64,000 bases of DNA. Source: Gammaproteobacteria bacterium (GTDB lineage: Bacteria; Pseudomonadota; Gammaproteobacteria; Natronospirales; DASSBR01). The translations under genes and the position numbers were made by a program. The DNA is taken from positions 48,590-112,589 of the forward strand of contig DASSJY010000018.1 in NCBI GenBank assembly GCA_035690945.1, written 5' to 3'. Each line of letters begins with the position of its first letter. Position 1 is the first letter of the stretch. The notes beneath the pieces are model-generated. The model was not told where the DNA came from, searched no databases, and saw only the letters and a program-made list of their open reading frames with translations. This document shows, piece after piece, positions 9,157 through 18,933 of the stretch.

Positions 9157-10103
9157 GCCAGACGATCGGCCAGCGCGTCGGTGGCGTTCAGTAATGCCGT
9201 CTGAATTCCCGGCTCGCTGCTCGCATGGCCGGCATCGTTGACGAATTCAAAGCGCGCCTTCGGCCAGGCGCGATGCAGCGCCCACGCGCCATCCGACGGA
9301 CAGACGACGTCGTAGCGGCCCTGCACGATGACACCCGGGATATCGGCCAGCCGGCCGGCTTCCTCGATCAACTGGTTGGGACGCATGAAAATATCGTTGA
9401 CGAAGTAGTGGCACTCGATACGCGCAATCGCGAGCGCGACGTCCGGGTCGGAGAAGAAGCTGACTACCTCCTCGCTCGGCAGCAGCGTCGAGCAACGGCC
9501 TTCCCACAACGACCACGCCTTGGCGGCGCGATGGCGGACTTCCGGATCCTCGTCCGTCAGGCGGCGATAATACGCCTGCATCATGTCGCCGCGCTCGGCT
9601 TCGGGAATCGGCGCAAGAAAGTCCTCGAAATGATCGGGAAAGATGTGGCTCGCGCCTTCCTGGTAAAACCATTCGAGATCGGAGCGCCGGCACAGGAAAA
9701 TGCCGCGCAATGTCAGATCGAGCACCCGGTCGGGATGCGCCTCGGCGTAGGCGAGCGCCAGGGTCGAACCCCACGAACCGCCGAACACGGCCCAGCGATC
9801 GATGCCGAGCATTTCGCGCACGGTTTCAATGTCGGCAACCAGTGCCTGCGTGTTGTTGTCCGTCAATTCCGCGTGCGGCGTCGAACGCCCCGAGCCGCGC
9901 TGGTCGAACAGCACGATCCGAAAGCGCTGGGGGTCGAAGTAGCGCCGGTTGCGGGCCTCGCAGCCGCCGCCGGGGCCGCCGTGCAGGAACACGACCGGGA
10001 TGCCGTCGGGATTGCCGCACTCCTCGGCGTAAAGGTTGTGAATGTCACTGACCTGAATGCGACGCGTGTCGTAAGGCTCAATCGCGGGATACAAATCTCG
10101 CAT
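9153..10103 (-). CDS. pip: Prolyl aminopeptidase (proline iminopeptidase)
   Basis: 'VVFLHGGPGGG' and 'FGGSWGSTLALAYA' (nucleophile elbow). 316 aa alpha/beta hydrolase. 4-nt overlap with dtd. Confidence 0.9.
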   Translation of the reverse strand: MRDLYPAIEPYDTRRIQVSDIHNLYAEECGNPDGIPVVFLHGGPGGGCEARNRRYFDPQRFRIVLFDQRGSGRSTPHAELTDNNTQALVADIETVREMLGIDRWAVFGGSWGSTLALAYAEAHPDRVLDLTLRGIFLCRRSDLEWFYQEGASHIFPDHFEDFLAPIPEAERGDMMQAYYRRLTDEDPEVRHRAAKAWSLWEGRCSTLLPSEEVVSFFSDPDVALAIARIECHYFVNDIFMRPNQLIEEAGRLADIPGVIVQGRYDVVCPSDGAWALHRAWPKARFEFVNDAGHASSEPGIQTALLNATDALADRLA

Positions 10104-10186
10104 GGGGGCGCTCCGGGTGATTGGTGAGCCCCAGCCTAATTTGACAATGCGGTTATATCAAGCGGACGGCGTATGATAGTGGGCAA

Positions 10187-10426
10187 ATGGAAGAATACGT
10201 CACGATTGCGACTTATGGCACGGCGCCCCAAGCCGATATTGCGGTGGGCCGGCTGCGGGCCGAGGGCGTGAAGGCGCGCCTCGTCGACGAGCATGTCGCC
10301 TGGATCGGCTATTCGGTTGCCGTCGGTGGCGTCAAGCTGCAGGTGCCGGAACGCAATGTCGAAAGTGCGAAGCGGATATTGGAAACGGATTATTCGGACG
10401 AGCTGAGTTCGTCTGATGAAGGGTAA
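10187..10426 (+). CDS. DUF2007-like small protein (putative signal-transducing fold)
   Basis: 79-aa ORF. 'ADIAVGRLRAEGVKARLVDEH...GGVKLQVPERNVESAKRIL' resembles the DUF2007 pattern. Confidence 0.55.
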   Translation: MEEYVTIATYGTAPQADIAVGRLRAEGVKARLVDEHVAWIGYSVAVGGVKLQVPERNVESAKRILETDYSDELSSSDEG

Positions 10427-10467
10427 GCGGTAAAGGAACCATTAACCTCGTACCACTAACCGCTTCC

Positions 10468-11202
10468 CTACAGTTCCAGCAGCGTTTCCTGCTCTTCCGC
10501 CGACGGCTCGAAGCCCCGGTCGCCGTAGTGCTCGAAAATCGCGGCGACGACTTCTTCCGGCTTGTCCACCACCTTCATGAAATCCACGTCGTTCGGGTCA
10601 ATCATTTCCTCATGGCCGAGGTGATCGCGCATCCAGTCGAGGAAATCGCACCAGAACGCGGAGCCCACCATCAGGATCGGGATCGGCCGCGTCTTGCCCG
10701 TCTGCACCAGCGTCAGGATTTCGGCGAGTTCATCGAGCGTGCCGAACCCGCCGGGCATCACGACATAGGCCGAGGCATATTTGACGAACATGACCTTGCG
10801 GACGAAGAAATGCTTGAAGGTCAGCGACAGGTCCTGGTACGGGTTGGCCCGCTGCTCGTGCTTGAGCTGGATGTTGAGGCCGATGCTCGGCGACTTGCCG
10901 GCGTAAGCGCCCTTGTTCGCTGCTTCCATCAGCCCGGGGCCGCCGCCGGTGACAACCGAAAAGCCGGCGTCGGAGAGCGCGCGGCCGATCTGCTCCGCGA
11001 GATCGTAATACGGATGCTCGGGCGCGGTACGCGCCGAGCCGAAGATGCTGACCGACGGCCGAATGCGCGCCAGGCGCTCGTAGCCCTCGACGAACTCGGC
11101 CATGATCTGGAAGATTTTCCAGGATTCGCGGTTCAGCATGCCGGTTTCGAGCGGCAACATGCGCGGGTCGTGGGCGCGGTCGTTGAAGTTGTCTATGTCC
11201 AT
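10468..11202 (-). CDS. LOG family protein (TIGR00730 Rossmann fold, nucleotide 5'-monophosphate nucleosidase-like)
   Basis: Start set at ATG 11202 (MDIDNFNDRAHD...). 'SIFGSAR', 'VVTGGGPGLMEAANKGA' and 'VVMPGGFGTLDELAEI' are LOG motifs. The 326-aa upstream extension overlaps the TPR gene. Confidence 0.85.
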   Translation of the reverse strand: MDIDNFNDRAHDPRMLPLETGMLNRESWKIFQIMAEFVEGYERLARIRPSVSIFGSARTAPEHPYYDLAEQIGRALSDAGFSVVTGGGPGLMEAANKGAYAGKSPSIGLNIQLKHEQRANPYQDLSLTFKHFFVRKVMFVKYASAYVVMPGGFGTLDELAEILTLVQTGKTRPIPILMVGSAFWCDFLDWMRDHLGHEEMIDPNDVDFMKVVDKPEEVVAAIFEHYGDRGFEPSAEEQETLLEL

Positions 11203-11227
11203 TATCCCTCGCGGCCAGCGGCCGCTC

Positions 11228-11542
11228 CTACAATTTTTCCAATCGGCGCAGGAAAACCTGCATTTCCTTTGCCGCCTGTTTGTCGCCGCGACCGTTCGCG
11301 ACGTCGATGCCGCGCGTGTACGCCTCGGCGGCATCGGCTTGGCGGCCGGCGGCAACCAGCGCCTTGCCGTACAGCTTCCACGCCGCCGAATAATCGGGAT
11401 CGAGCTCGACCGCGCGTGCGAGGTGCTCGGCGGCGCGATCGGGCGCATCGACCTTCAGATACTCATTGCCGAGCGAAAAGCGCAGCAGCGCCGAGTCGCG
11501 GCCCGCGCTCAGCATCTTCTCGAAGTTGTCGATGGCAGTCAT
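11228..11542 (-). CDS. Small tetratricopeptide-repeat protein
   Basis: 104 aa. 'AAEHLARAVELDPDYSAAWKLYGKALVAAGRQADAAEAY' is a canonical TPR unit. Confidence 0.6.
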   Translation of the reverse strand: MTAIDNFEKMLSAGRDSALLRFSLGNEYLKVDAPDRAAEHLARAVELDPDYSAAWKLYGKALVAAGRQADAAEAYTRGIDVANGRGDKQAAKEMQVFLRRLEKL

Positions 11543-11572
11543 GGCGAACGGCCATGATAGCGCATCGTAGCC

Positions 11573-13021
11573 TCAGCGCTTCCAGAACGCCGGCGTGAAC
11601 AGGATCAGCAGCGGGTAGATTTCGAGTCGCCCCAGCAGCATCGCGGCGATCAGCGTCCATTTGGCGACACTGCTCACTCCCTCGAAGCCGAATGTGACAC
11701 TGCCGAGGCCAGGACCGACATTGTTCATGCAGGTCGCGAGCCCCGAAAAGGCCTCCAGCGGCTGCATCCCGGTCGCCAGCAGGATCATCATCATGATCGC
11801 GAACAGCGCGAAATAGGTCGCAACGAAACCGAGCACCGCCTGCAGAATACGGTTCGGCACCGGCGACCGGCCGCTCTTGACGGGGATTTCGGCGCTCGGG
11901 TGCAGCAGCCGGCGGATTTCGCGCAGCGCCTGCTTGGTCATCAGGTGGATACGCAGCACCTTGAGGCCGCCGGTCGTGGAACCGACGCAGGCACCCATGA
12001 AGCCGATGAAAATCAGCATCATCGGAATGAAGCCGGGCCACTGGCTGAAGTCGGCGGACAGAAAGCCGGTGGTCGTCATCATCGATGTGTACTGGAACAC
12101 GGACTCGACAAACGATTTGAACGCCGTCGGATAGACATGGCGAAAATACAGGTCGCCGGTCATCGTCGCAACCAGCAAAACGGTGATGCCAAGATAGAAG
12201 CGGAATTCGGGATCGCGGAAATAGGTTTTGATTGAACCGGTACGCAGCGCGGCGAAATGCAGCGCAAAATTGGCGCCGGATATGAACATAAAAAATGAGG
12301 CGATCAATTCCAGCGCATTGCTGTCGTAGTAACCGAAACTGGCATCGTGCATCGAGAAGCCGCCGGTGGCCACGGTGGCGAAGCTGTTGCCGATCGCGTC
12401 GAACAACGGCATGCCTCCCAGCCAGTAGGACAGCGCGCAAGTGAAGGTGATGCCGAGATAGATCAGCCACAGCGCTTTCGCCGTTTCCTGCACGCGCGGC
12501 GTCAGCTTGTCCTTGACCGGGCCGGGGGTCTCGGCGCGATAGAGCTGCATGCCGCCCACGCCGAGGATCGGCAGCACCGCGAGCGCCAGCACGATAATGC
12601 CCATGCCGCCGAACCAGTGCAGTTGCTGGCGGTAGTAGAGGATCGAATGCGGCAGCTTGTCGAGACCGGTCAGGACGGTCGCGCCCGTGGTCGTGAGGCC
12701 GGAGACGGTTTCGAACACGGCATCGGTATACGACATCTGCGGATGGACGGCGAACCAGAACGGCAGCGCGCCCAGCAGCCCGCACAGCACCCAGATCGCC
12801 GCAACGATCAGGAAGCCGTCGCGCAGCCGCAAGTCTGGGTGATGATGAGGAGCAAGGGTCCACGCGATCAGGCCGACGCCGACGATAATCGCGAAGCCAT
12901 ACACGAACGGCATCAGCGCGCCGTCGCCGTAAATCCAGTACACCAGCATCGGCACGGCCAATGTCAGCCCGAACAGGGTCAGCATCAGGCCGAGAATGCG
13001 TTGGACGGCACCGAGATGCAT
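11573..13021 (-). CDS. trkH: Trk system K+ uptake protein TrkH
   Basis: 482-aa polytopic protein. '[10 protein letters not shown]' and 'TTTGF' selectivity-filter-like repeats. Directly downstream of trkA. Confidence 0.9.
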   Translation of the reverse strand: MHLGAVQRILGLMLTLFGLTLAVPMLVYWIYGDGALMPFVYGFAIIVGVGLIAWTLAPHHHPDLRLRDGFLIVAAIWVLCGLLGALPFWFAVHPQMSYTDAVFETVSGLTTTGATVLTGLDKLPHSILYYRQQLHWFGGMGIIVLALAVLPILGVGGMQLYRAETPGPVKDKLTPRVQETAKALWLIYLGITFTCALSYWLGGMPLFDAIGNSFATVATGGFSMHDASFGYYDSNALELIASFFMFISGANFALHFAALRTGSIKTYFRDPEFRFYLGITVLLVATMTGDLYFRHVYPTAFKSFVESVFQYTSMMTTTGFLSADFSQWPGFIPMMLIFIGFMGACVGSTTGGLKVLRIHLMTKQALREIRRLLHPSAEIPVKSGRSPVPNRILQAVLGFVATYFALFAIMMMILLATGMQPLEAFSGLATCMNNVGPGLGSVTFGFEGVSSVAKWTLIAAMLLGRLEIYPLLILFTPAFWKR

Positions 13022-13039
13022 CGGGATCAGCAGCCGGCG

Positions 13040-14416
13040 CTACACAAAATCGACGCCCACCTGGAATAGCTTTTCGACCGCCGCGATGTGCTTGCGCTCA
13101 ATCACGAACAGGATTACGTGGTCGCCGTTTTCGATTACGATGTCGTCGTGCGCCATGAGCACCTCGTCGCCACGAACGATCGCGCTCATCGTCGCCCCCG
13201 GCGGCAGGTCGATCTCGTCGACCCGGCGGCCGACGACGCGCGACTTGCCGTTGCCGCCGTGCGCGACCGCCTCGATGGCCTCGGCCGCGCCGCCGCGCAG
13301 CGAGTGCACGTTAAGCACGTCGCCACGGCGGATGTAGGTCAAAAGCGCGCCGATCGTCACCTGTTGAGGCGACAGCGCGATGTCGATCGAGCCACTCTGC
13401 ACCAGATCGACGTACGCCGGCCGGTTGATCAGCGCGAGCACCTTGCGCGCGCCCAGTCGCTTGGCCAGCATCGCCGACAGGATGTTCGCTTCCTCGGCGT
13501 TGGTAACGCCGCAGAACACATCGACGTTTTCGATGCTCTCCTCGCGCAGCAATTCCTCGTCGGCAGCGTCGCCGTTGAGCACGATGGTATTGTCGAGCAG
13601 TTCGGACACCTTCCGCGCGCGGTCGCGATTGCGCTCGATCAGCTTGACGTTGTGATTGTCCTCGAGCGCATCGGCGAGGCGCACGCCAATATTGCCGGCA
13701 CCGGCGATAATCACGCGCCGGATCGGCTTGTCAAGCTTGCGCAACTCGCTGATTACGGTCCGGATGTCGCGCCGCGCGGCGATAAAAAAGACCTCGTCGT
13801 CCGCCTCGATCACCGTATCGCCAGTCGGAATAATCGGCTGGCCGCGGCGGTAAATCGCCGCCACGCGCGCCTCCACCTGCGGTACATGATCGCGGAGCGC
13901 ACGCAACTGCTTGCCGACCAAGGGCCCGCCATAGTACGCCTCCACCGCAACAAGGCGCACCTTGCCGTCGGCGAAATCCAGCACCTGCAGCGCGCCGGGG
14001 TAATTCATCAGCCGGCTGATGTAGTCGGTGACGAGCTGCTCTGGGCTGATCAGCCGGTCGATACCGAGCGCCCCCTGCTGGAATATTTCCCCGGCGGCGA
14101 GATATTCGCTCGCGCGGACCCGTGCGATCTTGGTTGGCGTATGAAACAACGCGTGGGCGATCTGGCAGGCGACGATGTTGACCTCGTCGCTGTCGGTGAC
14201 GGCGATGAGCATGTCGGCGTCATCGGCGCCGGCTTCGCGGAGGATATTCGGGAACGCCCCTGACCCATGCACGGTGCCGAGATCGAGCCGTTTTTCGAGG
14301 TCACCAAGCACTGCCTCGTTGTTGTCGACCACGGTGATGTCGTTGTCGGTCTCCGTGACCAGCTTGTGGGCCACGGTCGTCCCCACCTGGCCGGCACCGA
14401 GGATGATTATTTTCAT
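13040..14416 (-). CDS. trkA: Trk system K+ uptake protein TrkA (tandem RCK/NAD-binding)
   Basis: 'MKIIILGAGQVGTTVA' and a second 'VIIAGAGNIGVRLA' Rossmann motif. 458 aa, as for TrkA. Confidence 0.95.
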   Translation of the reverse strand: MKIIILGAGQVGTTVAHKLVTETDNDITVVDNNEAVLGDLEKRLDLGTVHGSGAFPNILREAGADDADMLIAVTDSDEVNIVACQIAHALFHTPTKIARVRASEYLAAGEIFQQGALGIDRLISPEQLVTDYISRLMNYPGALQVLDFADGKVRLVAVEAYYGGPLVGKQLRALRDHVPQVEARVAAIYRRGQPIIPTGDTVIEADDEVFFIAARRDIRTVISELRKLDKPIRRVIIAGAGNIGVRLADALEDNHNVKLIERNRDRARKVSELLDNTIVLNGDAADEELLREESIENVDVFCGVTNAEEANILSAMLAKRLGARKVLALINRPAYVDLVQSGSIDIALSPQQVTIGALLTYIRRGDVLNVHSLRGGAAEAIEAVAHGGNGKSRVVGRRVDEIDLPPGATMSAIVRGDEVLMAHDDIVIENGDHVILFVIERKHIAAVEKLFQVGVDFV

Positions 14417-14449
14417 GGCGGCGAGCCTACTGCATTACCGAGCGGAAGG

Positions 14450-16372
14450 CTAGATTCGGACCTGCAAGCCCATCTCGACTGTCTGATCCGACGGAATCTG
14501 ATAGTACGCGGTCGCCTTGACGGAATTTCGCACCATGAAGGCGAACAACTGGTCGCGCCAGGTCGGCATGCCCCCCTTCTTGCGGCCGACCAGCAGCGAC
14601 TGGCGGCCGATGTAGTAGGTGGCGTCGTTGACGTTGATATCGATACCCAACGCCCCGCACGCGGCCAGCTCGGACGGAATATTCGGCCCCTGCATGTAGC
14701 CGTAATGCAGGATCACGCGGTAAAAGCCCTGCGGGAAAAACTTGATTTCGATGCGCTCGTCCGCCGGCACCCGCGACGCGTTGCTGGTGAGCACCGTCAG
14801 CAGTATCACCTGCTCGTGCAGCACCTTGTTGCGCGCGATGTGGTGGCGTAATGCCGATGGCGTCGCGGTCAGTCTCCCGGTCAGGAATACCGCCGTGCCC
14901 GGCACGCGCTGCACTTTCGACTGCGCAAACTCGCCGATAAACGTTTCCAGCTTATCGGCACTTTTCGCGGTTTGCGCCTGCAACAGCGCGCCGCCACGCC
15001 GCCAGGTGGACATCAGCGTGAAAAAGATGATGCCGACGATCACCGGGAACCAGCCGCCGTCCGCCAGCTTGACCAGGTTGGACCCGAAGAAGCTCAGGTC
15101 AATGAACAGGAAGCCGACGAGAAATGCCACCGCCGCCGGCCAGCGCCAGCCGCCGCGTTCGCGGGCGACGTTGAACGCGAGAATCGTCGTCACCACCATG
15201 GTGCCGTTGACGGCGATGCCGTAGGCCGCGGCGAGGTTGCTCGAACTCTGGAAGCCCACGACCAGCCCGATTGCGGCGATCATCAGCACCCAATTGACCG
15301 CCGGTACATAAATCTGTCCGCGTGTCTCGGCGGACGTCTGCACGACCCGGAAACGCGGCATCTGGCCGAGCTGGATCGCTTGGCGGGTGAGCGAAAACGA
15401 GCCGCTGATAGTCGCCTGCGACGCGATCACGGTGGCAACCGTCGTCAGCACCACCAGCGGATACAGCGCCCAGCCGGGCGCCAGGTTGAAGAACGGCTGC
15501 ACCGCTTGGTGGGGGTGCGCGAGCAGCATCGCGCCCTGGCCGAAATAGTTGAGCAGCACTGCCGGCAGCACGAACCTGAACCAGGCGCGGCGGATCGGCC
15601 CGCGGCCGAAATGACCCATATCCGCGTACAGCGCCTCGCCGCCGGTCGTCACGAGGAAGATCGCGTACAACACCAGGAATGCCGCCCAGCCGGCATGGTG
15701 AAAGAACTCGAACGCGTACAGCGGGTTGATGGCCTTGAGCACTTGCGGTTCGTTGACGATGGCGCTTATCCCGAGGCCCGCAAGCACCACAAACCAGACC
15801 ACCATGATCGGGCCGAACACCGCGCCCACCTTGGCGGTGCCATGCTTCTGGAACGCGAACAGCAGCAGCAGGATGATGATCGTGAGCGGGATCACATAGG
15901 GCGCAAATGCCGGCGTGGCCACCTCCAGACCTTCGACGGCGCTGAGGATGGAAATTGCCGGGGTGATCATGATGCCGCCGTACAGGAGCGCGGCGCCGAA
16001 CAGGCCGGTCATGATCAGCAGCCAGCGCCGTCGGCGTTCGAGGCCCTTCCACGGCCGGAGCAAGCCGATCAGGGCGAAGATGCCGCCTTCGCCGCGGTTG
16101 TCCGCGCGCAGCACGAAGGTCATGTACTTGAGCGAGATGACCAGGATCAGCGTCCAGAAAATCAGCGACAGCACGCCGAGGACGTCAGTAGGGTTCACCG
16201 GCACCGGGTTCGCACCTTCGAAGCAGGCACGGAACGAATAAATCGGGCTCGTGCCAATGTCGCCATAAACGACGCCCAGGACGGCCAGGCCGGCCGCGAT
16301 ACGTTTGCGGCGATCGCCTTGCGCTGTGCCGGCGCGGCCCCGCAGCGCGATATCCTGCATCGATTTGCTCAT
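14450..16372 (-). CDS. kup: KUP/HAK/KT family potassium transporter
   Basis: 'LGVVYGDIGTSPIY' signature, 12 TM spans plus a cytoplasmic C-domain. 640 aa. Confidence 0.95.
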   Translation of the reverse strand: MSKSMQDIALRGRAGTAQGDRRKRIAAGLAVLGVVYGDIGTSPIYSFRACFEGANPVPVNPTDVLGVLSLIFWTLILVISLKYMTFVLRADNRGEGGIFALIGLLRPWKGLERRRRWLLIMTGLFGAALLYGGIMITPAISILSAVEGLEVATPAFAPYVIPLTIIILLLLFAFQKHGTAKVGAVFGPIMVVWFVVLAGLGISAIVNEPQVLKAINPLYAFEFFHHAGWAAFLVLYAIFLVTTGGEALYADMGHFGRGPIRRAWFRFVLPAVLLNYFGQGAMLLAHPHQAVQPFFNLAPGWALYPLVVLTTVATVIASQATISGSFSLTRQAIQLGQMPRFRVVQTSAETRGQIYVPAVNWVLMIAAIGLVVGFQSSSNLAAAYGIAVNGTMVVTTILAFNVARERGGWRWPAAVAFLVGFLFIDLSFFGSNLVKLADGGWFPVIVGIIFFTLMSTWRRGGALLQAQTAKSADKLETFIGEFAQSKVQRVPGTAVFLTGRLTATPSALRHHIARNKVLHEQVILLTVLTSNASRVPADERIEIKFFPQGFYRVILHYGYMQGPNIPSELAACGALGIDINVNDATYYIGRQSLLVGRKKGGMPTWRDQLFAFMVRNSVKATAYYQIPSDQTVEMGLQVRI

Positions 16373-16378
16373 CGGTGG

Positions 16379-17938
16379 TCAGACTTCATGCATGCGGATC
16401 CGCTTGTCGGGCTGCATGAGTGCGTTGCTGTCCTCAAGTTGCTTGAGCGCCGCCTGATAGCTGCTGAAATCGATCGCGCCGCTGAGCGCGTGCGCGCGCA
16501 CCAGCATGCGCACAAACGGCTCGGGGTCGTTCTGGCGCGTCAGCGCGCGCAGCGCGAGCCAGTAATCGCCGCAATAGACCGGCGGAATCAGGACGCGCAT
16601 CTGGTCGGCCGCGGACAGTTCAGCGTTCATCATCACCCGGGCGATGCGTCCGCTGCCGGAATCGAACGGGTGACACTCGCGGACCAGGAACAACATGAAT
16701 GCTGCACGGGTAAAGGGCTCCTGCAATTCCCGGTACAACTCGTAGCCGCGCAGCAGCGTCGGGCGAATGTGCTCGGCGGCGATGAAGCGGGTGATGTCGG
16801 TCTGCTCGCCCGGCTGGCGAAAGCGTCCAGCCGGCTGGTCGTCGCGCTCCGCGAACAGGACCTGGTGGCGGCGCGTCAGCAGCGTAAGGAAGTCGTCGCC
16901 GCTGACCGGCCGCCTACCGAGATCGTTACCGGTCTCGACCAGCCGGAACGTGTTGAGCAGCACCGCCGAGTCCATCGGCCGTTCCGCCAGCGGGCGTTCA
17001 TCAACAATGACCTCGTGGGCCGCGTCCACGTCGAATTCAAGACCGGCGAGGTAATTGGAAAAGTATGCCTCGAAAAATGCACGGTTGATGTGCCAGCCGG
17101 GCGCATGCTCGCCGCGCGGCCGCCCGATGTACTTGCGCTCGCGGAGCACCCGGAACAGGTTCTGAAACAGTTGCAGTCGCTCGCGATCGCAGCCGGCATC
17201 GGCGTCGCCCTTCGCAGCATCCGGTTCGGCCGTCGCGCGCCGCGCCAATGCGCCTACCTGTGACAGCGACGAGCGCACCTTCTTCGTGTGCTGCGTGACG
17301 CCGCGAAACCGCGTCCAGGCGGCCCTGACGCCGCTGCCGTCCGGCGCGCAGACGTTGTCCAGCAGGTCTTCCAGCAGCCGGAACTCTTCATGCCAGTCGA
17401 ACTGTGCGGCCAGCTCGCGGGCCCGGCTGCGCAGCCGCTCGCGATCGGCCGGATCGGTGATGCCCCGCAGGTACGCCTGAAGCGCATCGGCCGGCAGGGC
17501 GCGCGGTGCGTCCTTACGATGCCGCGACGCCGCCAGGTTCTCGAGAAATGCGCGTGCCGGCGAGGCGAGGTGCAGGTCGTGGGTAAAGGGCCGGTCGCCG
17601 GCCAGCGGACCTGGCGCGTTGATTAGCTTCAACGTGTGGCCCGGCAGGGAGACCTTGCGGGTGCCGTGATAGCTCAGGTAAACACAGCCGTCCGGCGACG
17701 GCGCCTGCTCGAATGCGGTGCGCCAGCCCACCACCGCGCCCGGCCAGAAGTGCCCCGCGATCGCAAAGATATTGCGGCCGACGATCGCCTCGGGCGGTTC
17801 ATCGAGATTGGAGGTATAGAGCTTCGGCCCCAGCTTGCGCAACTGGCCGCGGCGGACCAACTCCTCGACGGCATCCGGCGTGAAGCTCGTATCGGTATCG
17901 AAGACGATTTCCGGCAGGCTGCCAGCAGTTTTTTCCAT
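16379..17938 (-). CDS. Fic/DOC family protein with an N-terminal AbiEi-like winged-helix region and a degenerate Fic motif
   Basis: 'HPFDSGSGRIAR' at 16637-16672, compared with the canonical HPFx(D/E)GNGRxxR. N-terminal 'VEELVRRGQLRKLGPKLYT' resembles AbiEi-type wHTH. The start is uncertain (ATG 17938 or TTG 17992). Confidence 0.7.
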   Translation of the reverse strand: MEKTAGSLPEIVFDTDTSFTPDAVEELVRRGQLRKLGPKLYTSNLDEPPEAIVGRNIFAIAGHFWPGAVVGWRTAFEQAPSPDGCVYLSYHGTRKVSLPGHTLKLINAPGPLAGDRPFTHDLHLASPARAFLENLAASRHRKDAPRALPADALQAYLRGITDPADRERLRSRARELAAQFDWHEEFRLLEDLLDNVCAPDGSGVRAAWTRFRGVTQHTKKVRSSLSQVGALARRATAEPDAAKGDADAGCDRERLQLFQNLFRVLRERKYIGRPRGEHAPGWHINRAFFEAYFSNYLAGLEFDVDAAHEVIVDERPLAERPMDSAVLLNTFRLVETGNDLGRRPVSGDDFLTLLTRRHQVLFAERDDQPAGRFRQPGEQTDITRFIAAEHIRPTLLRGYELYRELQEPFTRAAFMLFLVRECHPFDSGSGRIARVMMNAELSAADQMRVLIPPVYCGDYWLALRALTRQNDPEPFVRMLVRAHALSGAIDFSSYQAALKQLEDSNALMQPDKRIRMHEV

Positions 17939-18052
17939 GAGGAAGCGCCTGTTCGCGGACGCGTAGTTTACGCTGCCGAATGTGCTGGACAAATCTTTAA
18001 AGCCACGCCCGTGACGTCGCCACCTGTCAGACGGATCGGAGGAGCCGCATGC

Positions 18053-18814
18053 TCAGTGATCCAGTCGCGGCTGCTCCGCCTCTTCGGGTGCGGTGTAGCT
18101 GACCAGGCGATAGCCCACACCGGGCTCGGTCTGAATGTAGCGCGGTTCGGTAGGATCGTCACCCAGCTTGTGTCGCAACCGCGCGACGATAACGCGCAGG
18201 TAATGGGTGTCTTCTTCGTGAGTCGGACCCCAGATTTCGCGCAGCAGATGTGTTTGCGTCACGACGCGGTCGCGATTCGCAAACAGCGACTTCAGGACCG
18301 CGAACTCCTTGCGTGTGAACCGTACCCCCTCGCCGGCCACCTCCACCTGTCGGTGAGCCATATCGATGCTCAGGTAACCGTCATTGTAAAGGCCGCCGCC
18401 CGAATCTTCGGGTACCACCACGCGAAGCAGGTTACGTACGCGGGCGAGGAACTCCTGCAATCCGAACGGTTTAGTGACATAGTCATTGGCGCCGGCATCG
18501 AGAGCGCGCACTTTCTCGTTTTCGTCGGCGCGCACCGAAAGGATAATTACCGGTACGCTGGACCAACTCCGAATTTCCCGGAGCACGTCCTTACCGTCCA
18601 CACCGCGCAGGCCGAGGTCCAATACGACGAGTTCGGGCGACCGCGTAGCCGCCAGCTTCATGCCTTCGTCGGCGGTGGCGGCCTCCATGACTTCGTATCC
18701 CTGGCTTCCCAAGCTGATGCGCAGGAAGCGTCGGATCTGGACTTCGTCGTCGATGACGAGAATCCGGGTCGGCGGCGCGCCGACTTCATCGTCGCTGATC
18801 GCACCGACCATCAA
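18053..18814 (-). CDS. kdpE: OmpR-family response regulator, KdpE-like
   Basis: 'ILVIDDEVQIRRFL', 'VVLDLGL', 'VIILSVRADENEKVRALDAGANDYVTKPFG' and a C-terminal 'YIQTEPGVGYRL' wHTH are closest to the KdpE pattern. Confidence 0.8.
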   Translation of the reverse strand: MMVGAISDDEVGAPPTRILVIDDEVQIRRFLRISLGSQGYEVMEAATADEGMKLAATRSPELVVLDLGLRGVDGKDVLREIRSWSSVPVIILSVRADENEKVRALDAGANDYVTKPFGLQEFLARVRNLLRVVVPEDSGGGLYNDGYLSIDMAHRQVEVAGEGVRFTRKEFAVLKSLFANRDRVVTQTHLLREIWGPTHEEDTHYLRVIVARLRHKLGDDPTEPRYIQTEPGVGYRLVSYTAPEEAEQPRLDH

Positions 18815-18933
18815 CCGAGTCTGACCCTGTTGGCCGCATTCCCGCCGGCAGTGTGCCGCGGCAGGAACTGTCGTACCCGATTCAGTAGGCGATCAAGGGG
18901 CTTCACTTCAGACGGCATGGCCCTTGCCGCCCC

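Noticed and set aside
14972-17263. A 763-aa ORF on the plus strand, the longest in the track for this region.
   Set aside because: It lies antisense to kup and the Fic gene, both of which carry clear family signatures. Its translation is Arg/Ala/Gly/His-rich low complexity, which is typical of stop-poor antisense frames in GC-rich DNA.
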